Counted from the stretch's first letter, positions 17,309-25,747 are shown. The stretch is DNA of 64,000 nt from an uncultured Alphaproteobacteria bacterium (GCA_944391735.1 CALXUR010000002.1:2484-66483); one strand, 5' to 3'. Program-made: numbers and translations. The notes: generated by a model from the sequence alone, not told the origin.

Positions 17309-18637
17309 ATGAGAGGAAAAAGAGAGGCGGGGATCCGAGAAGAATCGGGACGTATTTCCACTTTGTCATCCTCGGGCTTGACCCAGGGATCCAGAAACAA
17401 GGAATCCAGAAAGGGTGATGAATCGGGACGTTCGATGGTAGAAATGCTGGGCGTTTTAGCTATCATGGGTGTGTTGGCGATTGGTGGAATAGCGGGGTAT
17501 CGATACGCAATAGACAAATACAATGCGAATGAAATTATCAATGACGTCAAAAAGCGGGCGGTTGTTATTTCGCAACAGTTGGCTGTCGGAGGAAGCGTGG
17601 AAACGCCGGAGTTCAAGCCGGAAACGGAACAGGGATATGGTGTGGAACAGGTGTTGTTGGATGACGGCTTTTTTTCGATTATCATGTCGGATGTGCCACA
17701 AGGTGTTTGTGCGCGGATTGTGGAAACGGAATGGGCTTTGCCGGTGGCGATGTATGCGGGTTCGGTCATGGCGCAAGGGGAGGGCAGTATCTGTCAGGAA
17801 AACAATCGGATGCAATTTGAATTTACGGATGATTTAAGGGCAACGAATGAAAAGCCGGAACATTGCACCAAAAAATCGGATTGTTCTTCCAAATGTGATG
17901 ATTGTATCGACGGTGTGTGTTTGGAAAATTGCCCCGCCGGTCAGGCGTGTGTGCGATCATCAACCGGCAATGTTAGTGTCCCGGATTTGTGTTGCCCGCT
18001 GGATCGCATTATGAATGGTACCTGTTGTGCTTCAATTACTTATAATGATCAAGGAGAAAAATTATGCTGTCAAAGATCAAATATGACAAGTTGTTGTCCT
18101 GAAGGAGAGTTTATGTGGAATGGTCAATGTCACAACTGTGATGACCCTACAGATTTGTATGGAATAGTGGTAAATTTTTACCGTTATTCATGTGATATGT
18201 GTCCCAATCGTGTTTCTGCCGGGTGGCAATGCCTGATAAAGTGTAAGGAGGCAGATCAAGTTGTTTGGAGAGGACGATGTTTATGCCCTGATGAACGGCC
18301 TGTTATGGGGCAGGACGGAATATGTCGTCCATGTGGTTCAAATGGTGTCTGGTCAAGTGCCTCATCTGTATCAACAGTTCACGAAATGGATAGTTGCGGT
18401 GTTGCAGCATGGTGTGGAAATATGTATTGCAGCGGAGGATATGTGTGGGCATGTGCCCCAGGTAAAATAAGTGGTGTTAACGCATTAAAGATAGATGGTT
18501 CTGCTGCTGGTGGCGGTGGATGGGCTTGTTTTTACTGCAATGAGTTACAACTTGATAAATTGAAATACAAAGCACAATGCGAATCGTGCGGCGGGACCTG
18601 GAGCGGTGCTTGGAATGACGGGACTTGTTATCCGTAA
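17309..18637 (+). CDS. Prepilin-type N-terminal domain protein with a Cys-rich C-terminal domain (pilin-like adhesin candidate)
   Basis: ESG|RSMVEMLGVLAIMGVLAIGGIAGY has Gly at -1, Glu at +5 and a hydrophobic helix. I count 34 Cys in the last ~255 aa, including four CC doublets. The start codon is uncertain because repeats lie in the leader. Confidence 0.7.
   Translation: MRGKREAGIREESGRISTLSSSGLTQGSRNKESRKGDESGRSMVEMLGVLAIMGVLAIGGIAGYRYAIDKYNANEIINDVKKRAVVISQQLAVGGSVETPEFKPETEQGYGVEQVLLDDGFFSIIMSDVPQGVCARIVETEWALPVAMYAGSVMAQGEGSICQENNRMQFEFTDDLRATNEKPEHCTKKSDCSSKCDDCIDGVCLENCPAGQACVRSSTGNVSVPDLCCPLDRIMNGTCCASITYNDQGEKLCCQRSNMTSCCPEGEFMWNGQCHNCDDPTDLYGIVVNFYRYSCDMCPNRVSAGWQCLIKCKEADQVVWRGRCLCPDERPVMGQDGICRPCGSNGVWSSASSVSTVHEMDSCGVAAWCGNMYCSGGYVWACAPGKISGVNALKIDGSAAGGGGWACFYCNELQLDKLKYKAQCESCGGTWSGAWNDGTCYP
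17342..17431 (+). repeat. In-frame palindromic-element insertion flanked by 12-nt direct repeats (GAATCGGGACGT)
   Basis: Direct repeats at 17342-17353 and 17420-17431 are exactly 78 nt apart. The palindrome GTCATCCTCGGG...CCCAGGGATCCAG lies between them at 17365-17394. Confidence 0.6.
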
Positions 18638-18714
18638 AAAAATACACTTTTTATAAAAAAGTGCTTGCATTTTATTTTGAAATCGTGTAAAAGAAACTTA
18701 CTTTCGATTTCAAA

Positions 18715-18791
18715 GGGTGTGTAGCTCAGGTGGTTAGAGCGTTACGTTGACATCGTAAAGGTCGCAAGTTCGAGTCTTGCCACACCCACCA
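18715..18791 (+). tRNA. tRNA-Val (anticodon GAC)
   Basis: Cloverleaf: acceptor GGGTGTG/CACACCC, anticodon loop TTGACAT, T-arm GCAAGTTCGAGTCTTGC, encoded CCA. Confidence 0.9.
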
Positions 18792-18810
18792 TAGATCTTG
18801 ACTTTCAAAA

Positions 18811-18835
18811 AACGCTTATTAACATAAGCGTTTTT
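18811..18835 (+). terminator. Rho-independent terminator after tRNA-Val
   Basis: Perfect hairpin AACGCTTAT-TAAC-ATAAGCGTT followed by a T-run. Confidence 0.75.
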
Positions 18836-18877
18836 CCATTATAGATATTTGTTTTTTTGGGGCGAATTGAATCCGAT

Positions 18878-19057
18878 TTAGACGCACCCGGCGCGAGGAA
18901 CTAAAATTTCTTTTATTTTTAAATACGTGTCATAATCAACTTTTTTATAGCTGCGATAATGTAATTTTCTTTTCAGTTCATTATGAACTGTGTTCGGGTG
19001 TTTTAATTCACAATCGGAAACGGCCGCAACAAGTTCTTTTATTTCAAGAGCTTTCAA
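18878..19057 (-). CDS. Small hypothetical protein (59 aa, TTG start), below the ORF-track cutoff
   Basis: Translates by hand as MKALEIKELVAAVSDCELKHPNTVHNELKRKLHYRSYKKVDYDTYLKIKEILVPRAGCV. The TTG overlaps the stop of the upstream gene. Confidence 0.3.
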   Translation of the reverse strand: MKALEIKELVAAVSDCELKHPNTVHNELKRKLHYRSYKKVDYDTYLKIKEILVPRAGCV

Positions 19058-19322
19058 TACTTATCGGCTCTGATACGTCTTCTGATACCACGGAGGTGGC
19101 TGTTAATCGTGCCGGAAACGTTCCTCTTTGGGCATGAAGTATTCCGAATATAACGGCTAATCCGATAAGTGCGATTAAACCAAGTAAAAATGTGGAATTA
19201 CCAAAATTACATCGACTGATGATAATATGATTTGTGTTTTTATTTATATTTTTCTCTGAATTTTCGGGCTTGACTTTGGCTTTTGATAAAATGTTTTCGA
19301 TTGAATCTGTATATTGTGCCAT
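19044..19322 (-). CDS. Small single-pass membrane protein (phage-module accessory)
   Basis: One TM helix (FLLGLIALIGLAVIFGIL). GGAGG RBS. Lies downstream of the XRE regulator on the same strand. Confidence 0.45.
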   Translation of the reverse strand: MAQYTDSIENILSKAKVKPENSEKNINKNTNHIIISRCNFGNSTFLLGLIALIGLAVIFGILHAQRGTFPARLTATSVVSEDVSEPISIESS

Positions 19323-19390
19323 TTTTCCTCCTTTATTTTGAAATAATACATACCATTATATGTTTATTTCAGAGAATAAAAAAGAAAAAA

Positions 19391-19795
19391 TCAACTTACT
19401 TTTTTATTTTTGTAAAGTAAACTTGTTAAATCAATAACTTGTGCTGTTCTTTGTTCGGCAGGTAAAGGTGCCAGATAATCATATAATGCGAAAACAAGCT
19501 CGATTTTGTCTGTAACTTCCATTGTAAGTTTATTTTTTTGTAGCCAATTTTCAACTGCAATGAAAAACTCTGTCAATATCTCTTTTTGAAGTGCCGGTTT
19601 TTCCGGTATGTCAAATAAATAGTTGGGTGTGATGTCCAAAAAACGACATAGACGCAAAATCATGTCGTGATCCGGATATCGTTCATCTTTGATATACTGA
19701 TTTAATCGGGGGGCACCTATTCCCAATTCTTTTGCCGCCCGATACTGACTGATACCTTTTTTTTGCAAGGCTTCCAATATTTTTTTTCCGATCAT
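19391..19795 (-). CDS. XRE-family HTH transcriptional regulator (CI-like repressor without a peptidase domain)
   Basis: HTH_3 pattern (ISQYRAAKELGIGAPRLNQYIKDERYP). Divergent from the tail-module operon. Confidence 0.8.
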   Translation of the reverse strand: MIGKKILEALQKKGISQYRAAKELGIGAPRLNQYIKDERYPDHDMILRLCRFLDITPNYLFDIPEKPALQKEILTEFFIAVENWLQKNKLTMEVTDKIELVFALYDYLAPLPAEQRTAQVIDLTSLLYKNKKVS

Positions 19796-19836
19796 ATTAA
19801 AAACATATCATATATCTTATTCAAAAACAAGAAATA

Positions 19837-19863
19837 AAATATTTCACACTTTGTGAAATATTT
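19837..19863. promoter_or_regulatory. Operator-like palindrome AAATATTTCACA-CTT-TGTGAAATATTT in the divergent control region
   Basis: Perfect 12-bp arms. Further TTCACA/TGTGA half-sites lie at about 19877-19900. Confidence 0.6.
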
Positions 19864-19924
19864 TTGTTGGCTTGTAGTTCACAATATGTTAATATGTGAT
19901 TTGTGTTACTCATCAGGAGGGTGT

Positions 19925-20578
19925 ATGAACAGATTGGAAAAAAGAAAAAGTTTTATGATGTATGCCAGCTTTATCGCACCGATTCGTTTATTGACGCAGG
20001 CTCAAAAAGGCGATTTACTGGATGCTGTTTTTACGTATCAGGCAACGGGATGCGAACCGAAAATGGATCCGCAAGTGCATATGTGCTTTATGTTTATGAA
20101 GATTCAATTTGATGCGGATAGTGAAAAGTACCGTCAAAAATGTGAGAAGAATCGTGCTTCAATCAACGCAAGATGGCATGCTTCATCCGTATCCGTCGGT
20201 ATGGGAACGAATACGTCACTTACCGATGATAAATGTGATAATGATGATAAAAAGAGAAAATTTTCAGGTGAAAATTTTAAAGAAAAACCACCGCTTCGTT
20301 TGAAGGATTCCGGTTTGGATTTATCCAAAGTTCCCGATTCATTTTATCACATCGCATCTGAAACAGGTTATACGGGGAATGTTGAATCGGCTTATCACTC
20401 CTTTGTTGTCTATTGGAAATCAAAGACCGGATCGGCTGGTAGGCATTCCGATTGGATGTCTGTTTGGCGGACTTGGCTCCGGCGGCGACTTCAATTTACC
20501 GCAAACAATCCGATTAAACAAATGACACAGCATAATATTGATTTTTTTGTTACAAATGCCGGCGGGGACAGCGTATAA
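19925..20578 (+). CDS. Phage-associated protein with a DUF6291-like N-terminal domain
   Basis: Pattern FMMYASFIAPIRLLTQAQKGDLLDAVFTYQATG...KYRQKCEKNR. AGGAGGG RBS before the ATG at 19925. Confidence 0.4.
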   Translation: MNRLEKRKSFMMYASFIAPIRLLTQAQKGDLLDAVFTYQATGCEPKMDPQVHMCFMFMKIQFDADSEKYRQKCEKNRASINARWHASSVSVGMGTNTSLTDDKCDNDDKKRKFSGENFKEKPPLRLKDSGLDLSKVPDSFYHIASETGYTGNVESAYHSFVVYWKSKTGSAGRHSDWMSVWRTWLRRRLQFTANNPIKQMTQHNIDFFVTNAGGDSV

Positions 20579-20631
20579 AAACAAACGAACAATTTCAAAC
20601 TGCCTTTGATATTTTAACGGCTTATTACGGA

Positions 20632-22077
20632 TTGCCTGCCTGGGAATTAAAGCCGAAAGAAGGGCAAAGCAGAGAGGAAATTATCCGCATTTGGTGTATT
20701 CCCGAATATGCTCAAGTGTGTAAATATTTCGGACGATTGTCCAAAACAGGTTTGGCACCGGATAAAATCGTTGTTGCCCGTTGGTTTAAAGAAGATACAG
20801 CACCCTTTTATAAAGGAAAACGTATCACGGCATCTGTTGCCGAACTCAAAGCAATGGGGGAAGGATCGGTTACGCTCAATATGGGAGGTATTCAATATAA
20901 AGCTTCTTTGAATTTGTCTTCTGTAACCTCTTATTCCGATGTCGCCTCGGCGTTGCAAACGGCTATCCGTTCAAATGTGGAGGGCGGCGAAATGTATGCC
21001 AAGTCAACTGTTGTGTTCAACTCCGTAACGGGCGGACTGATCGTAACGGCGGGTACTTCCGGCAAGGATGCCCTTATCGATGCTGTTGAACAAGCCGATA
21101 CGGGCTTTGATTATGCTGCGCCCTTGGGATTGGTCGAGGCCGAGCTCTCCCAAGGTGTAGATGCCGAAAAATTTTCGGATTTTTGTGATCGCATTTATCA
21201 TGCCAATGTGGCCGGTTTCAGTATCACGACTATGGAAACATTAACGCGGGATGATATCACAGCCGCCGTCAATTGGCTTCAAACGGTTCAGAACGGCCAA
21301 ACGTATAACACGCGCGTTCGTTTGGTCTTTAATGTTAATGATTTATCTGAAGCCAAAGCCATTCAATCGGATCTGTCCGATATGACGGGCTATGTGATGT
21401 GTTATGATCCGTATGGCGAGTTCATCAATGTGTTGGATTGCTCTATTTGTGCCAGTATAGACCATAATGTTGTTAACGGTAGTATTAACTTTAATTTTCA
21501 ACCCGCCGCGGGATATACGCCGGTTACGGATTTGGGAACGGTCACGGATTATCAATCCGGTCAGACAAATGTTGTTTTGTGGGATGATTTGAATACCCAT
21601 AAAATTTCCTGTGTGTATTCGGTCGGTTTTGGTTCGGCGGAAACAACGTATTATGGAAAAGGATTGATGCAGGGGGCTTTCGGAACCGAAGACGTTCAGG
21701 TCAATGAATCCTGGCTGGAAGAAGATATTCAGGTGCGTGTCATGAACGCTTTTAATACACTGAATAAGGTTAAATTACAAGGACAGGATGCTGTTGAATT
21801 GGTCAGCACTCTGATCGCCCCGTCTTTTGAAAAAGGAAAACAAAATGGTTCAATTGCTCGAAATGGCACACTGACGGATAGTGATCGCCTGAGCATTGTT
21901 CAGGCAACCGGTGTCGCGGCTGCTCCGGATGCGGTGGCTAACAACGGTTATTATTTCAAGGTTCAGGAATTGACCGCGGAAGACATCGCCGAACGACGTG
22001 TCCGGATTGTTTCCTGTTACCTGTGCGGCGGTGTTGTCAATGAAATTCGGATTATCAACAATATTTATGGTGCTTAA
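20632..22077 (+). CDS. Phage tail sheath-like structural protein (DUF3383-like)
   Basis: 481 aa, immediately upstream of tube, chaperone and tape-measure genes. Sequence pattern (ARW...GxV/I...[31 protein letters not shown]) resembles my recollection of the DUF3383 family. Only a TTG start is available. Confidence 0.5.
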   Translation: MPAWELKPKEGQSREEIIRIWCIPEYAQVCKYFGRLSKTGLAPDKIVVARWFKEDTAPFYKGKRITASVAELKAMGEGSVTLNMGGIQYKASLNLSSVTSYSDVASALQTAIRSNVEGGEMYAKSTVVFNSVTGGLIVTAGTSGKDALIDAVEQADTGFDYAAPLGLVEAELSQGVDAEKFSDFCDRIYHANVAGFSITTMETLTRDDITAAVNWLQTVQNGQTYNTRVRLVFNVNDLSEAKAIQSDLSDMTGYVMCYDPYGEFINVLDCSICASIDHNVVNGSINFNFQPAAGYTPVTDLGTVTDYQSGQTNVVLWDDLNTHKISCVYSVGFGSAETTYYGKGLMQGAFGTEDVQVNESWLEEDIQVRVMNAFNTLNKVKLQGQDAVELVSTLIAPSFEKGKQNGSIARNGTLTDSDRLSIVQATGVAAAPDAVANNGYYFKVQELTAEDIAERRVRIVSCYLCGGVVNEIRIINNIYGA

Positions 22078-22088
22078 GGAGAATAATA

Positions 22089-22553
22089 ATGGATACAGTT
22101 GCTATTTCATCAAACGGAACCGGTTTTACAACCTGTTCCTATTCTTTAACGGCTCTGCCGGTCGTTTCATATATGAAATTACAAGGCTTTGCCTCGGACG
22201 GCGTGTCGTGGGACGATATTGAACCGGCCGCGATCAGTATCGGTGCCGACGGTTTGGCCTCCGTTAATCAAAAACCCGTTTTATATACGGGCACGTTTAC
22301 ATTAAAAGCCAATTCGAACAGTCGTAATGTGTTGGATATGTTGGTTGATGTCGCAACGCCGGCACATGGAAAACCGGCAACATCCTATGAAATTGTTTTG
22401 ACGGAAAAAAACAGCCTGACCGGTTTTACATATGTTTATACCGGTGGTTTGATTACCTCCGCTTCGGGGGGAAATTCTGCCAATATGGAAGACGGGCAGG
22501 CGGATAAAACATATAAAGTCACGTTTACATCCCGGACAGCGATGCCGATGTAG
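22089..22553 (+). CDS. Phage tail tube-like protein (DUF3277-like)
   Basis: 154 aa, beta-rich, directly after the sheath-like gene and before the chaperone and TMP. Confidence 0.5.
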   Translation: MDTVAISSNGTGFTTCSYSLTALPVVSYMKLQGFASDGVSWDDIEPAAISIGADGLASVNQKPVLYTGTFTLKANSNSRNVLDMLVDVATPAHGKPATSYEIVLTEKNSLTGFTYVYTGGLITSASGGNSANMEDGQADKTYKVTFTSRTAMPM

Positions 22554-22600
22554 ATTTTTAAGGGGCGGCAACGCCCCTTTTTATAAATGGGGAAATTAAA

Positions 22601-22990
22601 ATGGAAAATACGAAAATCATTGAAATTGATGATATGGGCGATGTGAAAAAGTTCCGTATCCGTTTGTTTGATGTTTTGGAAGGCTTGGATTTTTTGGATG
22701 AGGCTGTCGGCCGGATCAGCGGTAAAGAAAAGGTGACGATTAAGCCGTTTTTGTCAACTTTGGTAAAGCTGGCTGTTCCGTTGGATACATCCGGCACAAT
22801 GCCTTTGTTGGGGGAGGAGCGTTTTCTGACACTTCAGGAAGCCTCTGTCTTGGTTAAGAATCCCTTGACCTTAATTGAGTTGGGATTTCGAATTTTGGAG
22901 TTTCAAAAGGTTTTTATTCAAAGCTCGCCGCACTTCCAAGGCTTGATCCGAACGCTCGAAGAAAAGTTGAATATCAAGATTTCGGATTAA
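22601..22990 (+). CDS. Tail assembly chaperone (G-like short form)
   Basis: 129-aa acidic protein immediately upstream of the tape measure gene. Confidence 0.55.
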   Translation: MENTKIIEIDDMGDVKKFRIRLFDVLEGLDFLDEAVGRISGKEKVTIKPFLSTLVKLAVPLDTSGTMPLLGEERFLTLQEASVLVKNPLTLIELGFRILEFQKVFIQSSPHFQGLIRTLEEKLNIKISD

Positions 22991-23145
22991 ATAATGCGGT
23001 GGGCAATATTTTAACGGGAGAATGCTCCGTTTCGGATTTAAAACAGATGGACTTGCGAGATTTTTGGATGCAACAGGTTGTCGGTTATGTCAATCAGAAA
23101 AATGAAATCGTTTTTTTTAATTTAAGTAAAAAGGTTGGAAAATGA
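22601..23145 (+). CDS. Tail assembly chaperone, -1 frameshift extended form (GT-like)
   Basis: The -1 frame is open from 22879 to the TGA at 23143-23145 and overlaps the TMP ATG as ATGA. It encodes ...NAVGNILTGECSVSDLKQMDLRDFWMQQVVGYVNQKNEIVFFNLSKKVGK. Candidate slip region is AAAAGGTTTTTA at 22905-22916, with no canonical heptamer. Confidence 0.4.
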
Positions 23146-24485
23146 GCGAACAAAATACAAATGGTCTGACTCTTGAAAAACTAAAGGCTTTTCAAAGCGC
23201 GCTTGTGACGTGGCGCGGTAAAATAGCCGCTGCGTTGGACACAATTCAAAAAACGGTGTCTGCCTCCTTTGCCCGTATGACGTTTGTCGGGTTTGAACGT
23301 AAACTGGGGGGGGGTCTGAAAGAAAAGTTACTCTCCTTTGGCACAAAAATATCCGGTATTGGTAAAAGTTTTTTAAATTTTTCCGATATTGTTCGTAACG
23401 TGCTTGTCGGATTGGGCAATCTTGTTTCACCGACGCGCCTGATTTCCGGTTTGTCGGCTCTATACGGTTACGCCCGTCAGACAGCTTATGTGGCCGAACA
23501 AACAGGTTTTTCCATCGGGGAGGTCAGTCGTTTTCAAAATCTGCTTGGCCTGTTCGGCGGCTCTGTCGAAGATACCGCCTCTTCTTTGTTACAGTTGCGG
23601 CGGGTTTTTTCCGAGTTGGAAACAACAAACGTGGTTGATGCCGTTACGACTCTGCGTGTTCGGTTAAAAGGTTTGACGGACACAGAACGAACAAATCAAG
23701 TGTCCGGATTGGGAATTGATAATCCGGCACTGTTGCGACTGTTGCGCATTTCTGATGAAAGGTTTAATCAGCTATCGGTAACGGCCGGTCGTTTTTGGGA
23801 TATGAACGAAAGAGGTGTGCAATCCGTTGAAGTTGTTCAATCTCTGCTCGCGCGGATTAAGTTGTTGTTTTCCGGAATGGGGTATGTTTTGGCGGATGCG
23901 ATTTTACCCTATGTTGAATCCATCAATCATGTCATGGAAAATAACGCCGGTTTGTTAAGTGGTTTGAAAGGTATTATCCACGGTATTGTCGGATTGGTTG
24001 CCGGTGTGGTGCAGATGATATACCAAATCGGATATGTTGTCGGGGCTGTGATAGGAAGTACTGTCGCCGCTGTGGATGGGTTATACCGTCGTATTGTTGC
24101 TCTCGGGCAGAAAATCGGCTCTTTTATCGGGGATGCGGCTTATCATGTTACGGCGTTTGTTCGGTCAATTCCAACTTTGATTCAAAAGGCTTTGTCATAT
24201 ATTTTATCTTTGGTCGGTCAAATGTGGGATGAACTTAAGTCTCTTCCGGGGATAAACTGGTTAATCGGTTCGGATGATAAAAAGTCTCACACGTTACCCA
24301 TGCGCGGTAAAGCCCGGGATATTATTTCAAGTTATTCGGATTCTCAAACAATTCGAAATGAAGGCGTGACAAACAATACGCGTAATACATTTCATATTAC
24401 TGTTCAAGCGTCCGGCGATCCCGATCGGCTCAGTCGTGAATTGGGCGCCGTTATTCGTCAGAATGCAACGGGGGTCAGACCATGA
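23142..24485 (+). CDS. Tail tape measure protein
   Basis: 447 aa, helical N-terminal two thirds, Gly/hydrophobic-rich C-terminal segments (GIIHGIVGLVAGVVQMIYQIGYVVGAVIGSTVAAV). Canonical position after the chaperone pair. Confidence 0.7.
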   Translation: MSEQNTNGLTLEKLKAFQSALVTWRGKIAAALDTIQKTVSASFARMTFVGFERKLGGGLKEKLLSFGTKISGIGKSFLNFSDIVRNVLVGLGNLVSPTRLISGLSALYGYARQTAYVAEQTGFSIGEVSRFQNLLGLFGGSVEDTASSLLQLRRVFSELETTNVVDAVTTLRVRLKGLTDTERTNQVSGLGIDNPALLRLLRISDERFNQLSVTAGRFWDMNERGVQSVEVVQSLLARIKLLFSGMGYVLADAILPYVESINHVMENNAGLLSGLKGIIHGIVGLVAGVVQMIYQIGYVVGAVIGSTVAAVDGLYRRIVALGQKIGSFIGDAAYHVTAFVRSIPTLIQKALSYILSLVGQMWDELKSLPGINWLIGSDDKKSHTLPMRGKARDIISSYSDSQTIRNEGVTNNTRNTFHITVQASGDPDRLSRELGAVIRQNATGVRP

Positions 24486-25030
24486 TATCTGTGCAATACT
24501 TATCTGAATTGTTTAATAAAAAACCTGTCTATGCAGTTTGGCATATCAGTGACGCCCATCCGACCGGAGAGTTGATTATGTCTTTTGACAGTATTCAACG
24601 TGTCGATTTTAAAGCGTCATCGACCTTGACGAATTATCCGATTGAACAGGGAACCGCTGTAACTGATTATAAATACAATAACCCGGATACTCTTTCTTTG
24701 ACGGGAATCGTTTCCAGAACGGGATTATATCATGGTGTCGGATTGGGCGTCGTTGATTCGGATACGGCAATTGATAAAATCAGACAGAGTTTGGATACGT
24801 ATCTGAAAGGTATTTATCGTTTAAAGATACAGACAAAAAACGGTGTGTATGATTGGTTTACGCTTCAATCGTATGATATTTCCGAAAATTATGAGAATTA
24901 CGGCTTGTTTGAAGTTGATATGTCGTTTCAACAAATTATGCGCCCGCCCTCTGTTCAAAATCCGGCTCAGGCCGCTTATGCTGATACCTTATCCGTGGGC
25001 GTTGTTTTGAAAAAACTTTTTTCCGAATAG
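24482..25030 (+). CDS. Tail tip/baseplate adaptor-like protein
   Basis: ATGA overlap with the TMP stop. Motif NYPIEQGTAVTDYKYNNPDTLSLTGIVS resembles tube-fold distal-tail/hub N-domains. Confidence 0.4.
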   Translation: MISVQYLSELFNKKPVYAVWHISDAHPTGELIMSFDSIQRVDFKASSTLTNYPIEQGTAVTDYKYNNPDTLSLTGIVSRTGLYHGVGLGVVDSDTAIDKIRQSLDTYLKGIYRLKIQTKNGVYDWFTLQSYDISENYENYGLFEVDMSFQQIMRPPSVQNPAQAAYADTLSVGVVLKKLFSE

Positions 25031-25038
25031 GTGTCTCT

Positions 25039-25341
25039 ATGACTAAATATGCAATTGAGTTAAACCAAACACCAAACCAATCTTTTTCTTTTGATGCCGG
25101 AAATAATGTCATTGATATGCATCTGCGCACAACAACGGAAGGAGTTCTGTATGCGGATGTTTCCGTTGATGGTGTTCCTGTCTTTTTCGGAAGAACGTGT
25201 TGTCATAAAATGCCGTTGTTTTTGACACAGAGAATTCGCGGTAATCTCTATTTTGAAGATCGTTATGGTAACGATGATCCGGATTACCGCGATTTTAATG
25301 ACCGTTTTATGTTAATTTATGATGATGGGTATGTATTATGA
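25039..25341 (+). CDS. Small tail/baseplate protein (hypothetical)
   Basis: 100-aa ORF tightly packed in the tail operon. Its stop overlaps the next start. Confidence 0.4.
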   Translation: MTKYAIELNQTPNQSFSFDAGNNVIDMHLRTTTEGVLYADVSVDGVPVFFGRTCCHKMPLFLTQRIRGNLYFEDRYGNDDPDYRDFNDRFMLIYDDGYVL

Positions 25342-25730
25342 CTCCGACTTGGTCTGTTCCTAAAAGATATTTGCGTTTAAACCTGTATGACGGCCGGCTT
25401 TCAGAACAGGAACGCCGTTTGCTTGTGGCGGTTGATGCCTGTTTTAAAGTTTCGTTTTCGGCACGCGCCTCTATTTCCGGATCGGTTCAAAGCGCGGATA
25501 TCACGTTGTCGGGTCTCCGTCGGGACATTATTTCCTATCTGGTGACGGCCTATACGACTTTTTCCGAACGTCAACTTAAAAATAAGATTGAAATAACGGC
25601 CGGATTTGATAATCGCCACGGTATGGTTTTCTCCGGAACCGTCGCCGAAGCCTCTCCCTTGTTTGACACGGCGGATTATGGTGTGAAGCGGATGCGGATT
25701 CAGGTGCTTATGTCGGATTTGGAGATTTAA
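25338..25730 (+). CDS. Baseplate hub-like protein (short)
   Basis: 130 aa. Pattern ADITLSGLRRDIISYL...IEITAGFDNRHGMVFSGTVAEA is reminiscent of hub/gpD-like N-terminal domains. Confidence 0.35.
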   Translation: MTPTWSVPKRYLRLNLYDGRLSEQERRLLVAVDACFKVSFSARASISGSVQSADITLSGLRRDIISYLVTAYTTFSERQLKNKIEITAGFDNRHGMVFSGTVAEASPLFDTADYGVKRMRIQVLMSDLEI

Positions 25731-25747
25731 CCGTTTCCGGATGTTAT

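Noticed and set aside
17287-17769. Antisense ORFs (17287..17769 - and 57537..57788 +) sharing the peptide TPSISTIERPDS
   Set aside because: The shared peptide is the reverse-strand reading of the conserved pilin leader/helix DNA in the two paralogs. It is a by-product of sense-strand conservation.
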